Counted from the stretch's first letter, positions 39,498 to 50,052 are shown. The stretch: 64,000 bases of DNA from an uncultured Gemmatimonadales bacterium (GCA_963779755.1 CAVZZO010000003.1:192001-256000), one strand, 5' to 3'. The notes: a model not told the origin generated them from the sequence alone. Numbers and translations: made by a program.

Positions 39498-40409
39498 ATG
39501 CGAACACCGGCCACGCTGCTCTGCCTGGGACTCCTGCTGCCGCGACTCGCCGCGGGGCAGGGCCTGGAGAACCGCTACTTCGACTCGGACGGTGTCCGCA
39601 TCCACTACGTGGACGCCGGCGCGGGCGAGCCCGTCCTCCTGATCCACGGTTTCTCGGTGAACCTCGCCGCGAACTGGGTCGGCACCGGCATGGTGGCGGC
39701 GCTCGTCGACGCGGGCTACCGCGTGGTCGCCTACGACGATCGCGGCCACGGCCTGAGCGACAAGCCCCACGATCCGGCAGCCTACGGCGAGCCCGAAATA
39801 GCGGACGCCGTCCGCCTGCTGGATCACGTGGGAATCGACCGCGCCCATGTGGTCGGCTACTCCCGCGGCGGCGTGCTCGCGTTGCAGCTCCGGGCGCAGC
39901 ACCCCGATCGGGTGCGGACGCTGGTCATCGGCGACAGCCCGGGGCTGGCCCGGCGCGTCCGCCTGCTCGAGGTCGCCGGCATGGCCGACTCGGTAGCGGC
40001 CGGCAGTGCCGGCCCGATGATGCGTGCCCTCGCGCCGCCCGGTGAGCCGCCCCCGGCGGCGGACTCCCTCCGCGCCGCGTTCCGCGACGTGTGGCGCGCC
40101 AACGACTTCGCCGCCCTGGCCGCGGTGCTCCGCGCACCGCCCTTCCAGCCGATCGACCTGGAGTCCCTCGCCGGCGACAGCATTCCGACGCTCGTCGTCG
40201 TGGGTCAGCGCGACCCCGTGAAACCCCTCGCTCTCCGTCTCGCCCGGGACCTCGGCGGCGCGGACACCGTGATCATTCCCGGCGCCACCCACCTCTCGGC
40301 GGTGGCCGATCCGGCCTTCGCCAGGGCCGTGCTCGATTTCCTGGCGCGGAACTCCGCGGCGGCGGGAACGCCGCCACGCGGGCACGAGCGACGTCCACGG
40401 TCACCGTGA
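39498..40409 (+). CDS. Exported alpha/beta hydrolase
   Basis: Signal peptide, LIHGF, DDRGHGLS, GYSRGG nucleophile elbow, GQRD, ATH; AGGAG SD. Confidence 0.92.
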   Translation: MRTPATLLCLGLLLPRLAAGQGLENRYFDSDGVRIHYVDAGAGEPVLLIHGFSVNLAANWVGTGMVAALVDAGYRVVAYDDRGHGLSDKPHDPAAYGEPEIADAVRLLDHVGIDRAHVVGYSRGGVLALQLRAQHPDRVRTLVIGDSPGLARRVRLLEVAGMADSVAAGSAGPMMRALAPPGEPPPAADSLRAAFRDVWRANDFAALAAVLRAPPFQPIDLESLAGDSIPTLVVVGQRDPVKPLALRLARDLGGADTVIIPGATHLSAVADPAFARAVLDFLARNSAAAGTPPRGHERRPRSP

Positions 40410-40533
40410 ACGACGAACCCCGATGGCATCCGTTCCGATCCACACCCGGGATGACGGCATCGCCACCCCCGAGAGCCCCCGCTACTCCGGCTTTTTCCTG
40501 GACGGCGGCGGCAACGGTGACCTCCACCGACGA

Positions 40534-42591
40534 TCACCCCGTCCGGAACAGCTCCACCGCCCGCGGGTACCGCGCCAGCGCCCGCTCGCGCAACGCGCGG
40601 TTGGCGGGTTTGCGTAGCGTGGGATCTTCCTCCAGCAGGGACGAGGCCGCGTCCCGGGCGCGGGTGAGCAGGTCGGCATCGTCGGGCAAACGGGCATGGC
40701 GCAGCTCGAAGGACCCCGCCTGGCGGGCCCCGATCAGGTCGCCCATGCCGCGCTCGGCCAGATCCAGTTCGGCGATACGAAACCCGTCGGTGGTCGCCGC
40801 GAACGACCGCAGCCGGCTGGGGATGTTCTGGTCGGTGAGCAAAATGCACTGGCTCTCCGCTGCCCCCCGGCCGATGCGGCCACGCAACTGGTGCAACTGC
40901 GCCAGACCGAAGCGCTCAGCGTGCTCGATGACCATCACGCTGGCGTTGGGCACGTCGATCCCGACTTCGATCACCGTCGTGGCAACCAGTACCTGCAGAT
41001 CGCCCGAGCGGAAGCGGCGCATGACCGCGTCTCGCTCGTCGTTTCTGAGCCTTCCGTGTACCAGGCCGACCCGGAGATCCGGCCAGCGGCCCTCGAGCGA
41101 TGCGTGGGCCGTGGCAGCCGCCCGCAGATCGCTCTGTTCCGACTCTTCGATCACCGGGAAGACGATGTAGGCCTGCCCGCCCGCCACGCAGGCCTCGTGA
41201 ACGAAGTCCAGCACCTTCTCCCGCTGCCCCCCCCGACGCACCGCGGTCCGCACCGTCCCGCGCCCCGGCGGCCTCTGGCGCAGCGTCGAGACGTCGAGAT
41301 CGCCGTACAGCGTGAGCGCGAGGGAGCGTGGAATAGGGGTAGCCGTGAGCAGCAGAACGTCGGGCGCCTCGCCCTTGCCGATCAGCGCGGCGCGCTGCTC
41401 CACCCCGAAGCGGTGCTGCTCGTCGATGACCACCAGCCCCAGCCGCTGGAACGACACGCTCTCCTGCAACAGCGCGTGGGTGCCCACCACCAGCCGCGCC
41501 GCGCCGGTAGCCACCCGGTGGCGCCGCTCGGCCTTTTCCGACGCGGTGAAGCGCCCCAGCAGCAGCTCCGGCTTCAGTTCCAGCGAGGCCAGCAGCTTCT
41601 CCAGCGTGGCGGCGTGCTGCTCCGCCAGGAGCTCGGTCGGCGCCATCAGCGCGGCCTGACAGTCATTCTCCAGCGCCAGCAGCATGGCAAAGAGCGCCAC
41701 CACCGTCTTGCCGGTTCCCACGTCGCCCATGAGCAGCCGGTGCATCCGCTCGGGCGAGGTCATGTCGGCGGTAATCTCGCGGAGCGCCTTGCGCTGATCA
41801 TCGGTGAGAGCCCAGGGCAGGCCTTCCTTCAGCGCCGTGGTGAGCGTGCGGCGAAGCTGGAAGGCCGTACCCTTCCGCGCCCGCTTGGCCACCGCCCGGG
41901 CGCGCACCAGCATGATCTGCAGGTCCAGCAGTTCGTCGAATGCCAACCGGCGGCGCCCAGCCTCGGCCTCTTCCGTGCTGGCCGGGCGGTGCACCGCCGA
42001 GAGGGCCGCCCGCAATTCCGGAAAGCCCAACTCCTGGCGCCAGGCGGGCGAGAGCGCATCGGTGCACAGGGCGAGGAGCGCATCGAGGTGCTGCATCAGG
42101 ATGGCCCGAATCTGCCGGTGACTGAGGCCTTCCGTGGCCGGGTACACCGGCAGGATCTTGCCGGCCCCGTCGGTGTCTTCATCCGAGAGCACCAGATACT
42201 CGCGGGGGGACATCTGCCGGCCATGGTAGAAACGGATGGGTCCGGTCACCAGCAGCGTCTGTCCCTCCTGGATCGTCCGATCGAGAAACGGCTGGCCGGG
42301 CCAGACACATTCCAGCACTCCGCTGTCGTCGCGCAGCACGGCGCGGAAAATCCGCAGCCCTCGCCGGGTGGGCATGACCCGCTTCGCCACCACGCGGCCG
42401 AGGCAGGAGACCTCGCTTCCGACCGTGGCACGGGCGAGCGGGGTCACGGTGGAAGCGTCGATGTAGCGGCGCGGCAGGTGCCAGAGCAGGTCGCGCGCGG
42501 TGCTGACGCCCAGGCGCGCCAGCGCCTCGGCCCGGCGCGGGCCGATACCCTTCAGGAACTTGACGGGTGTATCGAGCCGCGGTGCCGCCAT
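40534..42591 (-). CDS. recG: ATP-dependent DNA helicase RecG
   Basis: GDVGTGKT, DEQHRFGV, TATPIPRSL, QLHQLRGRIGRG. Confidence 0.98.
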   Translation of the reverse strand: MAAPRLDTPVKFLKGIGPRRAEALARLGVSTARDLLWHLPRRYIDASTVTPLARATVGSEVSCLGRVVAKRVMPTRRGLRIFRAVLRDDSGVLECVWPGQPFLDRTIQEGQTLLVTGPIRFYHGRQMSPREYLVLSDEDTDGAGKILPVYPATEGLSHRQIRAILMQHLDALLALCTDALSPAWRQELGFPELRAALSAVHRPASTEEAEAGRRRLAFDELLDLQIMLVRARAVAKRARKGTAFQLRRTLTTALKEGLPWALTDDQRKALREITADMTSPERMHRLLMGDVGTGKTVVALFAMLLALENDCQAALMAPTELLAEQHAATLEKLLASLELKPELLLGRFTASEKAERRHRVATGAARLVVGTHALLQESVSFQRLGLVVIDEQHRFGVEQRAALIGKGEAPDVLLLTATPIPRSLALTLYGDLDVSTLRQRPPGRGTVRTAVRRGGQREKVLDFVHEACVAGGQAYIVFPVIEESEQSDLRAAATAHASLEGRWPDLRVGLVHGRLRNDERDAVMRRFRSGDLQVLVATTVIEVGIDVPNASVMVIEHAERFGLAQLHQLRGRIGRGAAESQCILLTDQNIPSRLRSFAATTDGFRIAELDLAERGMGDLIGARQAGSFELRHARLPDDADLLTRARDAASSLLEEDPTLRKPANRALRERALARYPRAVELFRTG

Positions 42592-42620
42592 GTCATGCCG
42601 GATGATCTGGGGTGCGGAGA

Positions 42621-43544
42621 TCAGGACTGGCCGAGCAGGTTGTCAACATAGGCGGCGGCATTGAAGGGTTCGAGATCGTCCACCCCTTCACCCGTACCGA
42701 TGAAGCGGATCGGCAGCTGCAGCTCCTGCCGCAGGGCGACGACCGCGCCACCCCGCGCCGTGCCGTCCAGCTTGGTCACGACCAACCCGGTTGGCTGCAC
42801 CGCCTGGGTAAAGAGCCTCGCCTGCTGGACGGCGTTCTGCCCCACCGTACCATCCAGTACCAGCAGCGTCTCATGCGGCGCGCCGGGCAGCCGACGAGCG
42901 ATAACGCGCACAACCTTCTTCAGTTCGTCCATGAGGTTGTCCTGCGTGTGCAACCGGCCGGCGGTGTCGATCAGGACCGTATCCACCCTGCGGGCCGCGG
43001 CCGCGTCGATAGCGTCGAACGCGACCGCGGCCGGATCGCCCCCCGGCGCGCCCGCCACACAGGCAATGCCCAGCCGGTCGGCCCAGAGTTCGAGCTGGTG
43101 AATGGCCCCCGCGCGGTACGTATCGGCCGCCGCCAGCAGGGCCGGGCGCTTCTCCCGCCCCAGCCACGCCGCCAGCTTGGCCACGGTCGTCGTCTTGCCG
43201 ACTCCATTCACGCCTACCACCAGCACCACGGTAGGAGGTTGGGGGGCCCGAGCCAGGCCGACCGGATCGTCCGGCCGCTGGAGCAGCGCCACGATCCGCT
43301 CCGCCAGCGCCTCGCGCAGCTGCACGTCGGTCTTGAGCCGGCCGGCACGCACCTCGTTCTCCAGCAGCTCCGTCAGGTCCACGGTGGCGCTCACGCCGAA
43401 GTCGGCCTCGATCAGGGTGCGCTCGATCGCTTCCAGGTCGGAGGCATTGAGCTGCCGCACCAGCGCTCCCACGTCGGTGAGCGCCAGCCGCCTGATCCGG
43501 CTCCAGAGTGAGCGTTTCTGCGTGTCGAGACGACCGAAGGCCAA
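42621..43544 (-). CDS. ftsY: Signal recognition particle receptor FtsY (NG domain only)
   Basis: GVNGVGKTTT, DTYRAGA, DTAGR, TKLDGTARGG. Confidence 0.97.
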   Translation of the reverse strand: MAFGRLDTQKRSLWSRIRRLALTDVGALVRQLNASDLEAIERTLIEADFGVSATVDLTELLENEVRAGRLKTDVQLREALAERIVALLQRPDDPVGLARAPQPPTVVLVVGVNGVGKTTTVAKLAAWLGREKRPALLAAADTYRAGAIHQLELWADRLGIACVAGAPGGDPAAVAFDAIDAAAARRVDTVLIDTAGRLHTQDNLMDELKKVVRVIARRLPGAPHETLLVLDGTVGQNAVQQARLFTQAVQPTGLVVTKLDGTARGGAVVALRQELQLPIRFIGTGEGVDDLEPFNAAAYVDNLLGQS

Positions 43545-43606
43545 GGGTTTCCCTTTATGAGTTACCTGAGATGTAAGCTGCTAAGTGACCGACCAGCAAT
43601 GTAATA

Positions 43607-43679
43607 GGTAAGTCGTAGGAGGTAAGGCGTGACGCGCGATCGGCGGTCACACCTTACGCCTCACGCCTCACCTCTTACC
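43607..43679. repeat. Inverted pair of tandem 7-mer arrays, same family as 25812-25876
   Basis: ggtaagt cgtagga ggtaagg cgtgacg | tcacacc ttacgcc tcacgcc tcacctc ttacc. Confidence 0.85.
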
Positions 43680-43684
43680 GCCGC

Positions 43685-45490
43685 TCATCGCAGTCCCAGC
43701 CTTCGCCGCGCCACCCACTCCCCACAGAAAGCCGCCACGCAGACCCCGAACAGCCATAACCGGCTCCGCAGCGGTTCGCCCCCATTCACCGGAGAGAGGG
43801 TGGCGGGCTCGGACTGAACCGTCCGATCGTGCGGCAGATACTCCTCCGACCAGCTGTCTACCGCCACCGTACCATTCCCCCCGCCCTCCAGGCGGTAATT
43901 GTAGATGCCCGCCGGCAACCAGGCCTCGCCCCGGCCGGCGCCGTCGAAGTGGAGCGTGTCCTGCCGTACGCCACCGGGTCCGTCCCAGGCGACCGGGAGT
44001 GCTGTCGCCGGACCTGGACCATTCCACTGGAACACCACCGGACGGCGGGCCGCCACCACCGGCCGCACCGGCTGGGCCTGTCCGGCCACGGTATCCCGTC
44101 CTCCCAGAAGCCAGGTGACTGCGGCCGACACGAGCGAGCGGTATCCCTGCTCGCTGGCGCCGCCGCGAAAGTCCCAGCGATAGAAGCCGTCGGCCAGCAA
44201 CAGGATCTCCCGGCGGCCGCCGCGGTCGGCGCCGAGCAGCACGGGCCGCTGGGCGCCGCGGCGTCCCTCCTGGGCCGAGAGTCCGATCCACTGCTCGTCC
44301 CTCGGCGTCACCGGAATGATCTGGCTGAGCGGAGGAAAGGAATCGACCGGGAGCCCGGCCAGGGCACCCGCCAGGGGCGAGCCCGGCACCGACACATACC
44401 AGTCGCCCGGGACTGCGCTCCCCTGCCCGGCCTGATCGCGCCACTCCAGGACGCCGCGCGCGCGGGAATTCCGGGCCAGCGCCGTCTCTCCCTTCAGCAC
44501 CAGCAGGTCCGCGCCGCGGACGGCGCGCTCTACCTCGGCGCGTGAGACCGGGGAAAGATCGCGCATGGAGCGCCAGCGATCGGGCTGAAGCTGGACGTAC
44601 CCGCGCACCGGCAGCCGGGCCACGTCTTCCAGCGCCCGGTAGAGAAAGCGGCTGTCCCAGTCGGGGGGGTTGGCCACCAGCACCACGCCCGGGGTGGCCG
44701 TCACGTTCAGACGGAAGAGCCGGGCATCGTCGCGGGGCTCCCGATCGCCGGCCTGGAGGGCGACCTCGAGCATGTGCGTTCCGGCGTGAAGTGCCGAAGC
44801 CGGCACCGTGAGCGACACCTCGCTGCTGCTTCGGGGCTCCAGGCTGACGTTCCGCCGGGTCAGCACCCGTTCACCTTCACGCACCACCAGGGGCACCTCG
44901 CGCGACGCGCTGTCGCCGTAGGCGCGGAGCCGCACCGTCAATCGCGCGGAGTCGCCCGCGACGATGCGCCCCGGCCCGTCCACCAGCAGCACGGCGAGAT
45001 CGGGGCCGGAGGGCCGAGGCAGCACCCGGATAGTTGCCCGGTGCAGGAGATCGGGCGGCAGATCGGCGGCATCCTGGATTTCGCCGTCGGTCACCACCAC
45101 CACCGGGCGCTCGCCGGCCGCGGCCGAGCGCAGGGCCGCCACCAGGCGTGACGTCCCGAAGAGGGGTGCGCTGTCGGCGGGCGCCGCCGGGTCGCCGAAC
45201 CGCCGGACTTCGCCCAACCGGCTAGCGGTGTCGCGCGCGGCCCGCCAATGAGCCGAGTCGGCGGTCATGCTGAGGCTGGCATCCAGGAGCACCAGGGGAC
45301 GCCCGCCGGCCCGCCGCGCACCGCAGCTCAAATCGGCCAGGAGCAGCCCCAGGGTGAACCAGGCCACGACCCGCAGAACGAAGGGGATACCGAGCCGGCC
45401 CAGGCGGGCGCCTTCCGGCGCAGATTCCAGCCGATAGTAGGTGAAACCGCTCAGGGCCAGAGCGCCCAGCAGGAGCAACGCCGTGATCAT
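43685..45490 (-). CDS. Membrane-anchored vWA-like protein with Ig-like domain
   Basis: Two N-terminal TM segments, MIDAS-like LLDASLSM and VVVTDG, C-terminal TM ending EWVARRRLGL. Confidence 0.75.
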   Translation of the reverse strand: MITALLLLGALALSGFTYYRLESAPEGARLGRLGIPFVLRVVAWFTLGLLLADLSCGARRAGGRPLVLLDASLSMTADSAHWRAARDTASRLGEVRRFGDPAAPADSAPLFGTSRLVAALRSAAAGERPVVVVTDGEIQDAADLPPDLLHRATIRVLPRPSGPDLAVLLVDGPGRIVAGDSARLTVRLRAYGDSASREVPLVVREGERVLTRRNVSLEPRSSSEVSLTVPASALHAGTHMLEVALQAGDREPRDDARLFRLNVTATPGVVLVANPPDWDSRFLYRALEDVARLPVRGYVQLQPDRWRSMRDLSPVSRAEVERAVRGADLLVLKGETALARNSRARGVLEWRDQAGQGSAVPGDWYVSVPGSPLAGALAGLPVDSFPPLSQIIPVTPRDEQWIGLSAQEGRRGAQRPVLLGADRGGRREILLLADGFYRWDFRGGASEQGYRSLVSAAVTWLLGGRDTVAGQAQPVRPVVAARRPVVFQWNGPGPATALPVAWDGPGGVRQDTLHFDGAGRGEAWLPAGIYNYRLEGGGNGTVAVDSWSEEYLPHDRTVQSEPATLSPVNGGEPLRSRLWLFGVCVAAFCGEWVARRRLGLR

Positions 45491-45497
45491 CCCGCCA

Positions 45498-46220
45498 TCA
45501 GACCCGCGGCACGCGAGCGAGCGCCTGCGGAAGGGTGAAGCGGTTCTCGTACAGGGCCCGGCCCAGCACCGCGCCGGCCAGGTTGGCGGCGGCCAGCTGA
45601 TCGAGGTCCTCCAGGCAGGCCACACCGCCGCTGGCGATCACGCCGGCGCCGAAGCCCTGCAGGGACCGGGCACCTTCGACGTCGGGCCCGCGCAGCGTAC
45701 CGTCCCGGCTGATGTCGGTATAGATCACAGTGCGTACTCCCTGCTTCGCGACCCGGCCGGCGATTTCGTCTGCCCGGCTGGGGCTGAGTTCCGTCCAGCC
45801 CCGCAGCGCGAGAAATCCGTTACGGCAATCCAGGCCCACGGCGACCCGGTGCGAGCCGCCCAGTTCCAGCGCCACATCGACCAGCTCCGGTCTGGTCACT
45901 GCGACCGTTCCCAGTACGATGCGGGCGACTTCCAGTTGCAGCGTGCGCGCAATCTGCGCATGCGAGCGCAGGCCCCCGCCAAACTGGATTTGCACGTAGG
46001 AGCCCACCCGGGTGATGATCCGGTCCACCACGGCGCCGTTGTCGCCGTCACCGAACGCGCGGTCGAGATCCACGAGGTGGATCCAGCGCGCGCCCTGCCA
46101 GACGAACCGCTCGGCCAGCGCCGCTGGATCGTGGTTGTAGATGGTGGAAGACGCCGGGTCGCCCCGGGTCAACCGGACCACCTTACCGTTCCGGATGTGA
46201 ATCGCAGGGAGTAGTTCCAA
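45498..46220 (-). CDS. hisA: HisA/PriA-family ProFAR isomerase homolog (Asp8 replaced by His)
   Basis: PAIHIRNGKVVRL, HLVDLD, GGGLR, TDISRDGTL, VIASGGV, GRALYE. Confidence 0.9.
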   Translation of the reverse strand: MELLPAIHIRNGKVVRLTRGDPASSTIYNHDPAALAERFVWQGARWIHLVDLDRAFGDGDNGAVVDRIITRVGSYVQIQFGGGLRSHAQIARTLQLEVARIVLGTVAVTRPELVDVALELGGSHRVAVGLDCRNGFLALRGWTELSPSRADEIAGRVAKQGVRTVIYTDISRDGTLRGPDVEGARSLQGFGAGVIASGGVACLEDLDQLAAANLAGAVLGRALYENRFTLPQALARVPRV

Positions 46221-46297
46221 CAGCACCTCGGCCGGCCGGGGAGTCGTCAGGAAACCTAGCGGCCGATCTGCCGGCCGACCACTCGCACCAGAACGCA

Positions 46298-46328
46298 ACG
46301 AGCCGGCGGCCTCGGGCCACCGGCTCGT
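46298..46328 (-). terminator. GC-rich hairpin downstream of the M23 peptidase gene (possible terminator)
   Basis: 14 bp stem ACGAGCCGGTGGCC/GGCCGCCGGCTCGT; weak U tail. Confidence 0.4.
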
Positions 46329-46346
46329 GCTCCAGGGCGGGGCGGA

Positions 46347-47600
46347 CTACTTCTGGGCGACCGGCCCGGCGACCATCGTGGGCCGCGGGGGATAGAGCAA
46401 GGCGGCCAGCCGATCGCGCTCCCGTTCGAAGGCTTCCCGTTCCGAGCCGGGAATGGGCGTTCCGTTGCCGGGATCGATGTGCCGGGGATCGCGCGGGACG
46501 CCGTTCACCCGGAATTCGTAATGCAGATGCGGCGCCGTGGCCAGGCCCGTCATCCCCACGTAGCCGATGATCTGGCCCTGGCTCACCCGCACACCGGGAT
46601 GAATGCCGGCCGCAAACCGGCTCAGATGGCCGTAGCGGGTGGTGATGCCGTTGGCGTGCCGCAGCTCTATCAGGTTCCCGTAGCCGCCGGCCCGGCCGGC
46701 GCGCAGCACCGTGCCGTTGCCCGACGCCATCACCGGAGTGCCCGCCGCCGCGGCGTAGTCGGTCCCCTGGTGCGCCCGCCAGCGCTGGAGAATCGGATGG
46801 TAGCGCGAGAGCGAAAAGCTGGACGAGATCCGGCGGAACTGGAGCGGCGCGCGCAGGAAGGCCCGCCGCAGCGATTCGCCCTTGCCGTCATAGAACCCGG
46901 CCTTGCCGTGCGAGTCGGTGAAGCGGAACGCCGGCAGGTCGTGGCCGCCCACTCGCAGGTCGGCGGCGAGGATCTTGCCGAAGCGCACCTCGCCATCTTC
47001 CGATACCTCCCGCTCGACCAGCACGTTGAAATGGTCGCCGGGCCGGATATCGCGGCTGAAGTCCACCTGCCACATGTAGGTATCCGCCAGATCCCAGGCG
47101 AGCCGGATGCGCTCCTCTCCGGGGAGCACCCGGTCGGACACCTGGTCGTCCAGCGCGACGTAGAGCGACTGGTCGATGTCGCCGTCGACCCGCACTACCT
47201 CCGGCGACCAGGGAATCGCCTCCGACTGCGCATCCCAGCCGTCGTCGACCCGCTGGAGAAATACCCGGGTATCGGCGTCGGCCCGGAAGCGGACGCGGGA
47301 GGGCTCGGAATCGGCCATCGACTGGCGGAAGTTGAACACCAGCCCGGGCCGGATGCGGCGCGGATCGAGCAGCTTGGCCGTGGTCAGGGCGCTGATGGCC
47401 ACCGGGCTCACGCCATGGCGGGCGAAGAGATCGGACAGGGTTTCGCCCCGGTGCAGCGTGTCGGCCGACTCCATCCAGGCCTGGGTGACCTCGATGGGCG
47501 CGGCCACTTCCAGCCGGTGCCAGGGCCAGGCGCCCTTGAGCGCGAAGGCCCCGGCGGCCAGCACGATGAGCAACGGAACGACGGCGAGCAGGCGGCGCAT
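46347..47600 (-). CDS. M23-family peptidoglycan endopeptidase (MepM-like)
   Basis: HQGTD, GYGN, YGHL, HLHYE; N-terminal TM/signal and GETLS segment. Confidence 0.93.
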   Translation of the reverse strand: MRRLLAVVPLLIVLAAGAFALKGAWPWHRLEVAAPIEVTQAWMESADTLHRGETLSDLFARHGVSPVAISALTTAKLLDPRRIRPGLVFNFRQSMADSEPSRVRFRADADTRVFLQRVDDGWDAQSEAIPWSPEVVRVDGDIDQSLYVALDDQVSDRVLPGEERIRLAWDLADTYMWQVDFSRDIRPGDHFNVLVEREVSEDGEVRFGKILAADLRVGGHDLPAFRFTDSHGKAGFYDGKGESLRRAFLRAPLQFRRISSSFSLSRYHPILQRWRAHQGTDYAAAAGTPVMASGNGTVLRAGRAGGYGNLIELRHANGITTRYGHLSRFAAGIHPGVRVSQGQIIGYVGMTGLATAPHLHYEFRVNGVPRDPRHIDPGNGTPIPGSEREAFERERDRLAALLYPPRPTMVAGPVAQK

Positions 47601-47603
47601 GGG

Positions 47604-48773
47604 TCAGTCCATCTGCCGGCGGATGAACGTGGGGATTTCCATATCCGGCACCTCGGGCTGCCCCGGCTGCCCCTGCGGCGGCGGCGACCGGCGCGGCTCG
47701 GGACGGGGCGGCGGCGCCGGCTGGCCCGCCGCGGGGGTGGCGCTGCGCCGGCCGGGGAAGTTGAGCACCCCCGCCGGGGGCGCGCCGGGTTTCACCCCCG
47801 GGTCGCCGGTGATGGCGCGGTCGAATCCGGTGGCGATGACCGTCACGCGGATTTCGCCCTGCATGGCCGCGTCGGTGGCCGCGCCGAAGATGATCTCGGC
47901 ATCGTCGCCGGCCGCGTCGTGGATGATCTCGCTGATCTGGGTGGTCTCGCCCAGAGTCAGATCTTCGCCGCCCACGATGTTGATCAGCACCCCGGTGGCG
48001 CCGGAAATCGAGACATTGTCCAGCAGCGGGCTGGAGATGGCCTGCTGCGCCGCCTCCATGGAGCGGTTCTCCCCCCGGCCGATGCCGGTCCCCATCAGGG
48101 CCGCGCCGCCGTTCTGCATGATGGTGCGCACGTCGGCAAAGTCGACATTGATGATGCCGGTGCGGGTGATCAGGCTGGCGATGCCCTGGGTGGCCTGCAG
48201 CAGGACTTCGTCGGCCTTCTTGAGGGCGTCCTGGAAGGGGATGCCCTTCCCCACCACCGCCAGCAGGCGCTCGTTGGGCACGACGATCATCGTGTCCACG
48301 TTCTTGCGCATTTCCGAGATGCCCATGTCGGCCTGGCGCATCCGTTTGCGGCCTTCGAACAGGAACGGCTTGGTGACGATGCCCACCGTCAGGGCGCCCG
48401 CGTCCCGGGCCATCTCGGCCACGATGGGCGCGGCCCCCGTGCCGGTGCCGCCCCCCATGCCGCAGGTCACGAAGACCAGGTCGGCTCCCTGAACTACGTG
48501 CTGGACCTCGTCCCGGTTTTCCTCGACCGCCTGGCGGCCGATCTCGGGACGGGCGCCCGCGCCCAGCCCCCGGGTCAGCTTCCGTCCGATCTGGATCTTG
48601 ATGTCGGACTTGGAATTCGACAGCGCCTGGGAGTCGGTGTTCACCGAAATGAACTCCACGCCCTGCAGCTGTTCGTCGATCATGCGGTTGACGGCGTTCC
48701 CGCCGCCCCCGCCGATGCCGACGACCTTCATCCGCGCGTTCTGCGCCGTGGTCTCTTCGAGCTCGAAGATCAT
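47604..48773 (-). CDS. ftsZ: Cell division GTPase FtsZ
   Basis: [26 protein letters not shown]-terminal EIPTFIRR. Confidence 0.99.
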   Translation of the reverse strand: MIFELEETTAQNARMKVVGIGGGGGNAVNRMIDEQLQGVEFISVNTDSQALSNSKSDIKIQIGRKLTRGLGAGARPEIGRQAVEENRDEVQHVVQGADLVFVTCGMGGGTGTGAAPIVAEMARDAGALTVGIVTKPFLFEGRKRMRQADMGISEMRKNVDTMIVVPNERLLAVVGKGIPFQDALKKADEVLLQATQGIASLITRTGIINVDFADVRTIMQNGGAALMGTGIGRGENRSMEAAQQAISSPLLDNVSISGATGVLINIVGGEDLTLGETTQISEIIHDAAGDDAEIIFGAATDAAMQGEIRVTVIATGFDRAITGDPGVKPGAPPAGVLNFPGRRSATPAAGQPAPPPRPEPRRSPPPQGQPGQPEVPDMEIPTFIRRQMD

Positions 48774-48795
48774 GGAAGCACCCCGTGCGTCCCTG

Positions 48796-50052
48796 TCAGA
48801 AGAAATCCTGCAGCCACCGTTTCACCGGCCCGAGCACCTTTTCCACGGATTGGGAGCGGCGGGCCCCTGTGCCGAACCCGCCGCTCAATACCACCTGGCG
48901 CGACCCGTAGATCGCGAGGCCCGCCGCTACCGCCATTCGCGGCGATTCCACGCTGTCCGCCAGCCCCCCCAGATCCTGACCCGGCACGCCGACCCGCACC
49001 GGCATGGCAAAGACTTCTCGCGCCAGCTCCACGATGCCCGGGGTCTGCGCCCCGCCGCCCGTGAGAATAATGCCGGCCGGCAGCCGCTGGTGATACCCGG
49101 CGCGGGTGACTTCCTCGCGCGCGTACTCCAGCACTTCCTGCATGCGGGCGTGCATGATATGCGCCAGCACCCGCCGCTCCGCCGTACGCTTTCCCTGCCC
49201 CGGCGTACTGGGCAGGCCGATGGTCTCGCCGTCGGGCACCAGCGGCTCGAACGCGGCCCCGTGCCGCTCCTTCAGCCGTTCCGCATCCTGCTGCGTCACC
49301 TGCAGGCCGTGGACGATGTCGCCCGTCACGTGGCCGCCGGCGCAGAGCAGCGACGCCGCGTGGCGGATCTTGCCGATATGGAAGATGGCCACGTTGGTGG
49401 ATCCGCCGCCCAGCTCGACCAGCGCACACCCCAACTCCGCTTCGTCGCGCGTCAGCACCGCCAGCGATGCCGCCAGCGGTTCCAGCACGAATTCGGCGAC
49501 ATGGAACCCGGCCCGCTCCACGCTCCGCTTGAGGTTCTGCAGCACGCTGGACAGCACCGTGACCAGGTACACCTCGGCTTCCAGCCGCGAGCCGGTCATG
49601 CCGATGGGCTCGGTGATGCCCGGCTGCTGGTCAATAATGTAGTCCTGCGGGATCGCATGCAGGAGCTCATGGTCCTTGCCGAACGACACGTTGCTGGCCA
49701 TGTCGTTCACCCGGGCCACATCCCCGGTGCGGATTTCGTCGCCGGTGACCGACACCATGCCGTGCGAGCTGCGCCCCGCCACGTGCTCGCCCGCGATGCC
49801 GCAGTAGAGCGATCCCACCTCCACCCCGGCCATCCGCTGGGCGTCCTTCATGGCCTTGGCGATGGCGCGCGTGGTTTCTTCGATGTCGCGCACCACCCCC
49901 CGGCGGATGCCACTGGTCCGCTCGATCCCTACCCCCAGAATCCGGGTGGACGAGAGGGTCCGGCCATCGACCATGGCCTCGGCAACCACGGCGGCCACCC
50001 GGGTGCTGCCCAGATCCAGCGCGGCGACCAGCCGCTGCGGCTGCGCGCTCAC
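48796..50052 (-). CDS. ftsA: Cell division protein FtsA
   Basis: [27 protein letters not shown]-terminal amphipathic WLQDFF. Confidence 0.97.
   Translation of the reverse strand: MSAQPQRLVAALDLGSTRVAAVVAEAMVDGRTLSSTRILGVGIERTSGIRRGVVRDIEETTRAIAKAMKDAQRMAGVEVGSLYCGIAGEHVAGRSSHGMVSVTGDEIRTGDVARVNDMASNVSFGKDHELLHAIPQDYIIDQQPGITEPIGMTGSRLEAEVYLVTVLSSVLQNLKRSVERAGFHVAEFVLEPLAASLAVLTRDEAELGCALVELGGGSTNVAIFHIGKIRHAASLLCAGGHVTGDIVHGLQVTQQDAERLKERHGAAFEPLVPDGETIGLPSTPGQGKRTAERRVLAHIMHARMQEVLEYAREEVTRAGYHQRLPAGIILTGGGAQTPGIVELAREVFAMPVRVGVPGQDLGGLADSVESPRMAVAAGLAIYGSRQVVLSGGFGTGARRSQSVEKVLGPVKRWLQDFF

Noticed and set aside
40423..40617. Small ORF or gene remnant after the alpha/beta hydrolase
   Set aside because: Overlaps the recG 3' end in antisense, has no clear SD and no recognisable family.
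42621..43544. FtsY lacking the acidic N-terminal domain as an anomaly
   Set aside because: NG-only FtsY is common outside Gammaproteobacteria.
46479..49064. Very long plus-strand ORFs (also 17501-19780, 19710-22385, 40696-42651, 55873-58329)
   Set aside because: Antisense shadows of well-supported minus-strand genes; expected in high-GC DNA and with no recognisable motifs.
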